Assembly: GCA_964057225.1 (NCBI GenBank)
Contig: OZ059894.1
Location: 744,001-808,000 of the forward strand
Direction of reading: 5' to 3'
From: Auanema rhodensis
Lineage: Eukaryota > Animalia > Nematoda
DNA length: 64,000 nucleotides
The translations under genes and the position numbers were made by a program. The notes beneath the pieces were generated by a model. It saw nothing but the letters and a program-made list of their open reading frames with translations. It had not been told where the DNA came from and ran no database searches. This document shows positions 1 through 12,844 of the stretch, piece after piece (positions within the stretch are counted from its first letter, which is position 1; every line of letters starts with the position of its first letter).

Positions 1-176
1 CATGGTTACCATGCACCAATATCAATAAAAATTTGTTTTTAGACTAATATGGACATGGGGAATCTAATTTTGAAAACCGCATCTCTTTATCTTTCACGTG
101 AAGCAGGTTACATACAAAGTGCACATCACGTGTACATTTAATTAGCATAAATTAAAGTTCACGTAAATTTCAAAGT
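1..176 (+). repeat. First monomer (reference unit; phase arbitrary)
   Basis: Next CATGG starts at 177. The consensus has 57 G+C in 176 bp. This copy carries G105A, A106G and C116A relative to consensus. Confidence 0.98.
93..132. promoter_or_regulatory. Two CACGTG E-box/G-box motifs per monomer (shown for monomer 1); binding unproven
   Basis: TTCACGTGAA at 93-102 and ATCACGTG at 125-132. The motif presence is certain; its function is not. Confidence 0.3.
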
Positions 177-3100
177 CATGGTTACCATGCACCAATATCG
201 ATAAAAATTTGTTTTTAGACTAATATGGACATGGGGAATCTAATTTTGAAAATCGCATCTCTTTATCTTTCACGTGAAGCTAGTTACATACCAAGTGCAC
301 ATCACGTGTACATTTAATTAGCATAAATTAAAGTTCACGTAAATTTCAAAGTCATGGTTACCATGAACCAATATCAATAAAAATTTGTTTTTAGACTAAT
401 ATGGACATGGGGAATCTAATTTTGAAAACCGCATCTCTTTATCTTTCACGTGAAGCGAGTTACATACCAAGTGCACATCACGTGTACATTTAATTAGCAT
501 AAATTAAAGTTCACGTAAATTTCAAAGTCATGGTTACCATGCACCAATATCAATAAAAATTTGTTTTTAGACTAATATGGACATGGGGAATCTAATTTTG
601 AAAACCGCATCTCTTTATCTTTCACGTGGAGCAAGTTACATACCAAGTGCACATCACGTGTACATTTAATTAGCATAAATTAAAGTTCACGTAAAATTCA
701 AAGTCATGGTTACCATGAACCAATATCAATAAAAATTTGTTTTTAGACTAATATGGACATGGGGAATCTAATTTTAAAAACCGCATCTCTTTATCTTTCA
801 CGTGAAGCGAGTTACATACCAAGTGCACATCACGTGTACATTTAATTAGCATAAATTAAAGTTCACGTAAATTTCAAAGTCATGGTTACCATGCACCAAT
901 ATCAATAAAAATTTGTTTTTAGACTAATATGGACATGGGGAATCTAATTTTAAAAACCGCATCTCTTTATCTTTCACGTGAAGCGAGTTACATACCAAGT
1001 GCTCATCACGTGTACATTTAATTAGCATAAATTAAAGTTCACGTAATTTTCAAAGACATGGTTACCATGAACCAATATCAATAAAAATTTGTTTTTAGAC
1101 TAATATGGACATGGGGAATCTAATTTTGAAAACCGCATCTCTTTATCTTTCACGTGGAGCAAGTTACATACCAAGTGCACATCACGTGTACATTTAATTA
1201 GCATAAATTAAAGTTCACGTAAATTTCAAAGTCATGGTTACCATGCACCAATATCAATAAAAATTTGTTTTTAGACTAATATGGACATGGGGAATCTAAT
1301 TTTGAAAACCGCATCTCTTTATCTTTCACGTGAAGCTAGTTACATACCAAGTGCACATCACGTGTACATTTAATTAGCATAAATTGAAGTTCACGTAAAT
1401 TTCAAAGTCATGGTTACCATGCACCAATATCAATAACAATTTGTTTTAGACTAATATGGACATGGGGAATCTAATTTTGAAAACCGCATCTCTTTATCTC
1501 TCACGTGAAGCGAGTTACATACCAAGTGCACATCACGTGTACATTTAATTAGCATAAATTAAAGTTCACGTAAATTTCAAAGTCATGGTTACCATGCACC
1601 AATATCGATAAAAATTTGTTTTTAGACTAATATGGACATGGGGAATCTAATTTTGAAAATCGCATCTCTTTATCTTTCACGTGAAGCGAGTTACATACCA
1701 AGTGCACATCACGTGTACATTTAATTAGCATAAATTAAAGTTCACGTAAATTTCAAAGTCATGGTTACCATGAACTAATATCAATAAAAATTTGTTTTTA
1801 GACTAATATGGACATGGGGAATCTAATTTTGAAAACCGCATCTCTTTATCTTTCACGTGAAGCGAGTTACATACCAAGTGCACATCACGTGTACATTTAA
1901 TTAGCATAAATTAAAGTTCACGTAAATTTCAAAGTCATGGTTACCATGCACCAATATCAATAAAAATTTGTTTTTAGACTAATATGGACATGGGGAATCT
2001 AATTTTGAAAACCGCATCTCTTTATCTTTCACGTGAAGCAGGTTACATACAAAGTGCACATCACGTGTACATTTAATTAGCATAAATTAAAGTTCACGTA
2101 AATTTCAAAGTCATGGTTACCATGCACCAATATCGATAAAAATTTGTTTTTAGACTAATATGGACATGGGGAATCTAATTTTGAAAATCGCATCTCTTTA
2201 TCTTTCACGTGAAGCTAGTTACATACCAAGTGCACATCACGTGTACATTTAATTAGCATAAATTAAAGTTCACGTAAATTTCAAAGTCATGGTTACCATG
2301 AACCAATATCAATAAAAATTTGTTTTTAGACTAATATGGACATGGGGAATCTAATTTTGAAAACCGCATCTCTTTATCTTTCACGTGAAGCGAGTTACAT
2401 ACCAAGTGCACATCACGTGTACATTTAATTAGCATAAATTAAAGTTCACGTAAATTTCAAAGTCATGGTTACCATGCACCAATATCAATAAAAATTTGTT
2501 TTTAGACTAATATGGACATGGGGAATCTAATTTTGAAAACCGCATCTCTTTATCTTTCACGTGGAGCAAGTTACATACCAAGTGCACATCACGTGTACAT
2601 TTAATTAGCATAAATTAAAGTTCACGTAAATTTCAAAGTCATGGTTACCATGCACCAATATCAATAAAAATTTGTTTTTAGACTAATATGGACATGGGGA
2701 ATCTAATTTTGAAAACCGCATCTCTTTATCTTTCACGTGAAGCTAGTTACATACCAAGTGCACATCACGTGTACATTTAATTAGCATAAATTGAAGTTCA
2801 CGTAAATTTCAAAGTCATGGTTACCATGCACCAATATCAATAACAATTTGTTTTAGACTAATATGGACATGGGGAATCTAATTTTGAAAACCGCATCTCT
2901 TTATCTCTCACGTGAAGCGAGTTACATACCAAGTGCACATCACGTGTACATTTAATTAGCATAAATTAAAGTTCACGTAAATTTCAAAGTCATGGTTACC
3001 ATGCACCAATATCGATGAAAATTTGTTTTTAGACTAATATGGACATGGGGAATCTAATTTTGAAAATCGCATCTCTTTATCTTTCACGTGAAGCGAGTTA

Positions 3101-6100
3101 CATACCAAGTGCACATCACGTGTACATTTAATTAGCATAAATTAAAGTTCACGTAAATTTCAAAGTCATGGTTACCATGAACCAATATCAATAAAAATTT
3201 GTTTTTAGACTAATATGGACATGGGGAATCTAATTTTGAAAACCGCATCTCTTTATCTTTCACGTGAAGCGAGTTACATACCAAGTGCACATCACGTGTA
3301 CATTTAATTAGCATAAATTAAAGTTCACGTAAATTTCAAAGTCATGGTTACCATGCACCAATATCAATAAAAATTTGTTTTTAGACTAATATGGACATGG
3401 GGAATCTAATTTTGAAAACCGCATCTCTTTATCTTTCACGTGAAGCAAGTTACATACAAAGTGCACATCACGTGTACATTTAATTAGCATAAATTAAAGT
3501 TCACGTAAATTTCAAAGTCATGGTTACCATGCACCAATATCGATAAAAATTTGTTTTTAGACTAATATGGACATGGGGAATCTAATTTTGAAAATCGCAT
3601 CTCTTTATCTTTCACGTGAAGCTAGTTACATACCAAGTGCACATCACGTGTACATTTAATTAGCATAAATTAAAGTTCACGTAAATTTCAAAGTCATGGT
3701 TACCATGAACCAATATCAATAAAAATTTGTTTTTAGACTAATATGGACATGGGGAATCTAATTTTGAAAACCGCATCTCTTTATCTTTCACGTGAATCGA
3801 GTTACATACCAAGTGCACATCACGTGTACATTTAATTAGCATAAATTAAAGTTCACGTAAATTTCAAAGTCATGGTTACCATGCACCAATATCAATAAAA
3901 ATTTGTGTTTAGACTAATATGGACATGGGGAATCTAATTTTGAAAACCGCATCTCTTTATCTTCCACGTGAAGCGAGTTACATACCAAGTGCACATCACG
4001 TGTACATTTAATTAGCATAAATTAAAGTTCACGTAAATTTCAAAGTCATGGTTACCATGAACCAATATTAATAAAAATTTGTTTTTAGACTAATATGGAC
4101 ATGAGGAATCTAATTTTGAAAACCGCATCTCTTTATCTTCCACGTGAAGCGAGTTACATACCAAGTGCACATCACGTGTACATTTAATTAGCATAAATTA
4201 AAGTTCACGTAAATTTCAAAGTCATGGTTACCATGAACCAATATCAATAAAATTTGTTTTTAGACTAATATGGACATGGGGAATCTAATTTTGAAAACCG
4301 CATCTCTTTATCTTTCAAGTGAAGCTAGTTACATACCAAGTGCACATCACGTGTACATTTAATTAGCATAAATTAAAGTTCACGTAAATTTCAAAGTCAT
4401 GGTTACCATGAACCAATATCAATAAAAATTTGTTTTTAGACTAATATGGACATGGGGAATCTAATTTTGAAAACCGCATCTCTTTATCTTTCACGTGAAG
4501 CGAGTTACATACCAAGTGCACATCACGTGTACATTTAATTAGCATAAATTAAAGTTCACGTAAATTTCAAAGTCATGGTTACCATGCACCAATATCAATA
4601 AAAATTTGTGTTTAGACTAATATGGACATGGGGAATCTAATTTTGAAAACCGCATCTCTTTATCTTCCACGTGAAGCGAGTTACATACCAAGTGCACATC
4701 ACGTGTACATTTAATTAGCATAAATTAAAGTTCACGTAATTTTCAAAGACATGGTTACCATGAACCAATATCAATAAAAATTTGTTTTTAGACTAATATG
4801 GACATGGGGAATCTAATTTTGAAAACCGCATCTCTTTATCTTTCACGTGAAGCGAGTTACATACCAAGTGCACATCAGGTGTGCATTTAATTAGCATAAA
4901 TTAAAGTTCACGTAATTTTCAAAGACATGGTTACCATGAACCAATATCAATAAAAATTTGTTTTTAGACTAATATGGACATGGGGAATCCAATTTTGAAA
5001 ACCGCATCTCTTCATCTTTCACGTGAAGCGAGTTACATACCAAGTGCACATCACGTGTACATTTAATTAGCATAAATTAAAGTTCACGTAATTTTCAAAG
5101 ACATGGTTACCATGAACCAATATCAATAAAAATTTGTTTTTAGACTAATATGGACATGGGGAATCTAATTTTGAAAACCGCATCTCTTTATCTTTCAAGT
5201 GAAGCGAGTTACATACCAAGTGCACATCACGTGTACATTTAATTAGCATAAATTAAAGTTCACGTAAATTTCAAAGTCATGGTTACCATGCACCAATATC
5301 AATAAAAATTTGTTTTTAGACTAATATGGACATGGGGAATCTAATTTTGAAAACCGCATCTCTTTATCTTTCACGTGAAGCGAGTTACATACCAAGTGCA
5401 CATCAGGTGTGCATTTAATTAGCATAAATTAAAGTTCACGTAATTTTCAAAGACATGGTTACCATGAACCAATATCAATAAAAATTTGTTTTTAGACTAA
5501 TATGGACATGGGGAATCCAATTTTGAAAACCGCATCTCTTCATCTTTCACGTGAAGCGAGTTACATACCAAGTGCACATCACGTGTACATTTAATTAGCA
5601 TAAATTAAAGTTCACGTAATTTTCAAAGACATGGTTACCATGAACCAATATCAATAAAAATTTGTTTTTAGACTAATATGGACATGGGGAATCTAATTTT
5701 GAAAACCGCATCTCTTTATCTTTCACGTGAAGCGAGTTACATACCAAGTGCACATCACGTGTACATTTAATTAGCATAAATTAAAGTTCACGTAAATTTC
5801 AAAGTCATGGTTACCATGAACCAATATCAATAAAAATTTGTTTTTAGACTAATATGGACATGGGGAATCTAATTTTGAAAACCGCATCTCTTTATCTTTC
5901 ACGTGAAGCAAGTTACATACCAAGTGCACATCACGTGTACATTTAATTAGCATAAATTAAAGTTCACGTAAATTTCAAAGTCATGGTTACCATGCACCAA
6001 TATCAATAAAAATTTGTTTTTAGACTAATATGGACATGGGGAATCTAATTTTGAAAACCGCATCTCTTTATCTTTCACGTGAAGCGAGTTACATACCAAG

Positions 6101-7917
6101 TGCACATCACGTGTACATTTAATTAGCATAAATTAAAGTTCACGTAAATTTCAAAGTCATGGTTACCATGAACCAATATCAATAAAAATTTGTTTTTAGA
6201 CTAATATGGACATGGGGAATCTAATTTTGAAAACCACATCTCTTTATCTTTCACGTGAAGCGAGTTACATACCAAGTGCACATCACGTGTACATTTAATT
6301 AGCATAAATTAAAGTTCACGTAAATTTCAAAGTCATGGTTACCATGAACCAATATCAATAAAAATTTGTTTTTAGACTAATATGGACATGGGGAATCTAA
6401 TTTTGAAAACCGCATCTCTTTATCTTCCACGTGAAGCGAGTTACATACCAAGTGCACATCACGTGTACATTTAATTAGCATAAATTAAAGTTCACGTAAA
6501 TTTCAAAGTCATGGTTACCATGAACCAATATCAATAAAAATTTGTTTTTAGACTAATATGGACATGGGGAATCTAATTTTGAAAACCGCATCTCTTTATC
6601 TTTCACGTGAAGCGAGTTACATACCAAGTGCACATCACGTGTACATTTAATTAGCATAAATTGAAGTTCACGTAAATTTCAAAGTCATGGTTACCATGCA
6701 CCAATATCAATAAAAATTCGTTTTTAGACTAATATGGACATGGGGAATCTAATTTTGAAAACCGCATCTTTTTATCTTTCACGTGAAGCGAGTTACATAC
6801 CAAGTGCACATCAGGTGTACATTTAATTAGCATAAATTAAAGTTCACGTAAATTTCAAAGTCATGGTTACCATGCACCAATATCAATAAAAATTTGTTTT
6901 TAGACTAATATGGACATGGGGAATCTAATTTTGAAAACCGCATCTCTTTATCTTTCACGTGAAGCGAGTTACATACCAAGTGCACATCACGTGTACATTT
7001 AATTAGCATAAATTAAAGTTCACGTAAATTTCAAAGTCATGGTTACCATGAACCAATATCAATAAAAATTTGTTTTTAGACTAATATGGACATGGGGAAT
7101 CTAATTTTAAAAACCGCATCTCTTTATCTTTCACGTGAAGCGAGTTACATACCAAGTGCACATCACGTGTACATTTAATTAGCATAAATTAAAGTTCACG
7201 TAAATTTCAAAGTCATGGTTACCATGAACCAATATCAATAAAAATTTGTTTTTAGACTAATATGGACATGGGGAATCTAATTTTGGAAACCGCATCTCTT
7301 TATCTTTCACGTGAAGCGAGTTACATACCAAGTGCACATCACGTGTACATTTAATTAGCATAAATTAAAGTTCACGTAAATTTCAAAGTCATGGTTACCA
7401 TGAACCAATATCAATAAAAATTTGTTTTTAGACTAATATGGACATGGGGAATCTAATTTTGAAAACCGCATCTCTTTATCTTTCACGTGAAGCAAGTTAC
7501 ATACCAAGTGCACATCACGTGTACATTTAATTAGCATAAATTAAAGTTCACGTAAATTTCAAAGTCATGGTTACCATGCACCAATATCAATAAAAATTTG
7601 TTTTTAGACTAATATGGACATGGGGAATCTAATTTTGAAAACCGCATCTCTTTATCTTTCACGTGAAGCAAGTTACATACCAAGTGCACATCACGTGTAC
7701 ATTTAATTAGCATAAATTAAAGTTCACGTAAATTTCAAAGTCATGGTTACCATGCACCAATATCAATAAAAATTTGTTTTTAGACTAATATGGACATGGG
7801 GAATCTAATTTTGAAAACCGCATCTCTTTATCTTTCACGTGAAGCGAGTTACATACCAAGTGCACATCACGTGTACATTTACTTAGCATAAATTAAAGTT
7901 CACGTAAATTTCAAAGT

Positions 7918-8620
7918 CATGGTTACCATGCACCAATATCAATAAAAATTTGTTTTTAGACTAATATGGACATGGGGAATCTAATTTTAAAAACCGCATC
8001 TCTTTATCTTTCACGTGAAGCGAGTTACATACCAAGTGCTCATCACGTGTACATTTAATTAGCATAAATTAAAGTTCACGTAATTTTCAAAGACATGGTT
8101 ACCATGAACCAATATCAATAAAAATTTGTTTTTAGACTAATATGGACATGGGGAATCTAATTTTGAAAACCGCATCTCTTTATCTTTCACGTGGAGCAAG
8201 TTACATACCAAGTGCACATCACGTGTACATTTAATTAGCATAAATTAAAGTTCACGTAAATTTCAAAGTCATGGTTACCATGCACCAATATCAATAAAAA
8301 TTTGTTTTTAGACTAATATGGACATGGGGAATCTAATTTTGAAAACCGCATCTCTTTATCTTTCACGTGAAGCTAGTTACATACCAAGTGCACATCACGT
8401 GTACATTTAATTAGCATAAATTGAAGTTCACGTAAATTTCAAAGTCATGGTTACCATGCACCAATATCAATAACAATTTGTTTTAGACTAATATGGACAT
8501 GGGGAATCTAATTTTGAAAACCGCATCTCTTTATCTCTCACGTGAAGCGAGTTACATACCAAGTGCACATCACGTGTACATTTAATTAGCATAAATTAAA
8601 GTTCACGTAAATTTCAAAGT
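7918..8620 (+). repeat. 4-monomer block duplicating 881-1583
   Basis: Same ordered markers: GCTCAT/AAAGAC; GGAGCAAG; GCTAG/AATTGAAG; AATAACAAT+deletion+ATCTCTC. Confidence 0.9.
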
Positions 8621-11600
8621 CATGGTTACCACGAACCAATATCAATAAAAATTTGTTTTTAGACTAATATGGACATGGGGAATCTAATTTTGAAAACCGC
8701 ATCTCTTTATCTTTCACGTGAAGCGAGTTACATACCAAGTGCACATCACGTGTACATTTAATTAGCATAAATTAAAGTTCACGTAAATTTCAAAGTCATG
8801 GTTACCATGCACCAATATCAATAAAAATTTGTTTTTAGACTAATATGGACATGGGGAATCTAATTTTAAAAACCGCATCTCTTTATCTTTCACGTGAAGC
8901 GAGTTACATACCAAGTGCACATCACGTGTACATTTAATTAGCATAAATTAAAGTTCACGTAAATTTCAAAGTCATGGTTACCATGAACCAATATCAATAA
9001 AAATTTGTTTTTAGACTAATATGGACATGGGGAATCTAATTTTGAAAACCGCATCTCTTTATCTTTCACGTGAAGCGAGTTACATACCAAGTGCACATCA
9101 CGTGTACATTTAATTAGCATAAATTTAAGTTCACGTAAATTTCAAAGTCATGGTTACCATGAACCAATATCAATAAAAATTTGTTTTTAGACTAATATGG
9201 ACATGGGGAATCTAATTTTGAAAACCGCATCTCTTTATCTTTCACGTGAAGCGAGTTACATACCAAGTACACATCACGTGTACATTTAATTAGCATAAAT
9301 TAAAGTTCAAGTAAATTTCAAAGTCATGGTTGCCATGCACCAATATCAATAAAAATTTGTTTTTAGACTAATATGGACATGGGGAATCTAATTTTGAAAA
9401 CCGCATCTCTTTATCTTTCACGTGAAGCGAGTTACATACCAAGTGCACATCACGTGTACATTTAATTAGCATAAATTAAAGTTCACGTAAATTTCAAAGT
9501 CATGGTTACCATGCACCAATATCAATAAAAATTTGTTTTTAGACTAATATGGACATGGGGAATCTAATTTTGAAAACCGCATCTCTTTATCTTTCACGTG
9601 AAGCGAGTTACATACCAAGTGCACATCACGTGTACATTTAATTAGCATAAATTAAAGTTCACGTAAATTTCAAAGTCATGGTTACCATGAACCAATATCA
9701 ATAAAAATTTGTTTTTAGACTAATATGGACATGGGGAATCTAATTTTGAAAACCGCATCTCTTTATCTTTCACGTGAAGCGAGTTACATACCAAGTGCAC
9801 ATCACGTGTACATTTAATTAGCATAAATTAAAGTTCACGTAAATTTCAAAGTCATGGTTACCATGAACCAATATCAATAAAAATTTGTTTTTAGACTAAT
9901 ATGGACATGGGGAATCTAATTTTGAAAACCGCATCTCTTTATCTTTCACGTGAAGCGAGTTACATACCAAGTGCACATCACGTGTACATTTAATTAGCAT
10001 AAATTTAAGTTCACGTAAATTTCAAAGTCATGGTTACCATGAACCAATATCAATAAAAATTTGTTTTTAGACTAATATGGACATGGGGAATCTAATTTTG
10101 AAAACCGCATCTCTTTATCTTTCACGTGAAGCGAGTTACATACCAAGTGCACATCACGTGTACATTTAATTAGCATAAATTAAAGTTCACGTAAATTTCA
10201 AAGTCATGGTTACCATGAACCAATATCAATAAAAATTTGTTTTTAGACTAATATGGACATGGGGAATCTAATTTTGAAAACCGCATCTCTTTATCTTTCA
10301 CGTGAAGCGAGTTACATACCAAGTGCACATCACGTGTACATTTAATTAGCATAAATTAAAGTTCACGTAAATTTCAAAGTCATGGTTACCATGAACCAAT
10401 ATCAATAAAAATTTGTTTTTAGACTAATATGGACATGGGGAATCTAATTTTGAAAACCGCATCTCTTTATCTTTCACGTGAAGCGAGTTACATACCAAGT
10501 GCACATCACGTGTACATTTAATTAGCATAAATTTAAGTTCACGTAAATTTCAAAGTCATGGTTACCATGAACCAATATCAATAAAAATTTGTTTTTAGAC
10601 TAATATGGACATGGGGAATCTAATTTTGAAAACCGCATCTCTTTATCTTTCACGTGAAGCGAGTTACATACCAAGTGCACATCACGTGTACATTTAATTA
10701 GCATAAATTTAAGTTCACGTAAATTTCAAAGTCATGGTTACCATGAACCAATATCAATAAAAATTTGTTTTTAGACTAACATGGACATGGGGAATCTAAT
10801 TTTGAAAACCGCATCTCTTTATCTTTCACGTGAAGCGAGTTACATACCAAGTGCACATCACGTGTACATTTAATTAGCATAAATTAAAGTTCAAGTAAAT
10901 TTCAAAGTCATGGTTGCCATGCACCAATATCAATAAAAATTTGTTTTTAGACTAATATGGACATGGGGAATCTAATTTTGAAAACCGCATCTCTTTATCT
11001 TTCACGTGAAGCGAGTTACATACCAAGTGCACATCACGTGTACGTTTAATTAGCATAAATTAAAGTTCACGTAAATTTCAAAGTCATGGTTACCATGCAC
11101 CAATATCAATAAAAATTTGTTTTTAGACTAATATGGACATGGGGAATCTAATTTTGAAAACCGCATCTCTTTATCTTTCACGTGAAGCGAGTTACATACC
11201 AAGTGCACATCACGTGTACATTTAATTAGCATAAATTAAAGTTCACGTAAATTTCAAAGTCATGGTTACCATGCACCAATATCAATAAAAATTTGTTTTT
11301 AGACTAATATGGACATGGGGAATCTAATTTTGAAAACCGCATCTCTTTATCTTTCACGTGAAGCGAGTTACATACCAAGTGCACATCACGTGTACATTTA
11401 ATTAGCATAAATTAAAGTTCACGTAAATTTCAAAGTCATGGTTACCATGCACCAATATCAATAAAAATTTGTTTTTAGACTAATATGGACATGGGGAATC
11501 TAATTTTGAAAACCGCATCTCTTTATCTTTCACGTGAAGCGAGTTACATACCAAGTGCACATCACGTGTACATTTAATTAGCATAAATTAAAGTTCACGT

Positions 11601-12844
11601 AAGTTTCAAAGTCATGGTTACCATGCACCAATATCAATAAAAATTTGTTTTTAGACTAATATGGACATGGGGAATCTAATTTTGAAAACCGCATCTCTTT
11701 ATCTTTCACGTGAAGCGAGTTACATACCAAGTGCACATCACGTGTACATTTAATTAGCATAAATTAAAGTTCACGTAAATTTCAAAGTCATGGTTACCAT
11801 GAACCAATATCAATAAAAATTTGTTTTTAGACTAATATGGACATGGGGAATCTAATTTTGAAAACCGCATCTCTTCATCTTTCACGTGAAGCGAGTTACA
11901 TACCAAGTGCACATCACGTGTACATTTAATTAGCATAAATTAAAGTTCACGTAAATTTCAAAGTCATGGTTACCATGCACCAATATCAATAAAAATTTGT
12001 TTTTAGACTAATATGGACATGAAGAATCTAATTTTGAAAACCGCATCTCTTTATCTTTCACGTGAAGCGAGTTACATACCAAGTGCACATCACGTGTACA
12101 TTTAATTAGCATAAATTAAAGTTCACGTAAATTTCAAAGTCATGGTTACCATGCACCAATATCAATAAAAATTTGTTTTTAGACTAATATGGACATGGGG
12201 AATCTAATTTTGAAAACCGCATCTCTTTATCTTTCACGTGAAGCGAGTTACATACCAAGTGCACATCACGTGTACATTTAATTAGCATAAATTAAAGTTC
12301 ACGTAAATTTCAAAGTCATGGTTACCATGCACCAATATCAATAAAAATTTGTTTTTAGACTAATATGGACATGGGGAATCTAATTTTGAAAACCGCATCT
12401 CTTTATCTTTCACGTGAAGCGAGTTATATACCAAGTGCACATCACGTGTACATTTAATTAGCATAAATTTAAGTTCACGTAAATTTCAAAGTCATGGTTA
12501 CCATGAACCAATATCAATAAAAATTTGTTTTTAGACTAATATGGAGATGGGGAATCTAATTTTGAAAACCGCATCTCTTTATCTTTCACGTGAAGCGAGT
12601 TACATACCAAGTGCACATCACGTGTACATTTAATTAGCATAAATTAAAGTTCACGTAAATTTCAAAGTCATGGTTACCATGAACCAATATCAATAAAAAT
12701 TTGTTTTTAGACTAATATGGACATGGGGAATCTAATTTTGAAAACCGCATCTCTTTATCTTTCACGTGAAGCGAGTTACATACCAAGTGCACATCACGTG
12801 TACATTTAATTAGCATAAATTTAAGTTCACGTAAATTTCAAAGT

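Larger units (their letters stand above)
1..3694 (+). repeat. Local HOR: 11-mer (1-1935), derived 8-mer (1936-3342), start of a third copy (3343-3694)
   Basis: TACAAAGT monomer followed by ATCGAT/AATCGC/GCTAG monomer at 1, 1936 and 3343. The AATAACAAT+1-bp deletion monomer is at 1409 and 2816. Confidence 0.85.

Noticed and set aside
24-29. AATAAA polyadenylation signal in each monomer
   Set aside because: Expected by chance in 68% AT DNA; there is no transcript context.
1-176. Identity with Brassica CentBr (176 bp), Arabidopsis CEN178 or primate alpha satellite
   Set aside because: Only the length is similar; I recognise no shared sequence from memory. A BLAST search is needed for any family assignment.
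1-176. 5S rRNA, tRNA or snRNA tandem gene unit
   Set aside because: No recognisable 5S or tRNA sequence, Pol III A/B/C boxes or cloverleaf.
125-260. Budding-yeast point-centromere layout (CDEI ATCACGTG, AT-rich stretch, TGTTTTT)
   Set aside because: The intervening DNA is well below the >90% AT of CDEII, there is no CDEIII CCGAA core at the right place, and point centromeres are not tandem arrays.
401-493. 30-codon plus-strand ORF in each monomer (pos 49-141, MDMGNLILKTASLYLSREASYIPSAHHVYI)
   Set aside because: Short, no recognisable domain, expected by chance, and broken by frameshift and start-loss variants. ORFs do not continue across monomers.
396-500. 34-codon minus-strand ORF per monomer (MLIKCTRDVHLVCNSLHVKDKEMRFSKLDSPCPY)
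   Set aside because: Short, no homology recognised, and no sign of codon-level constraint among variants.
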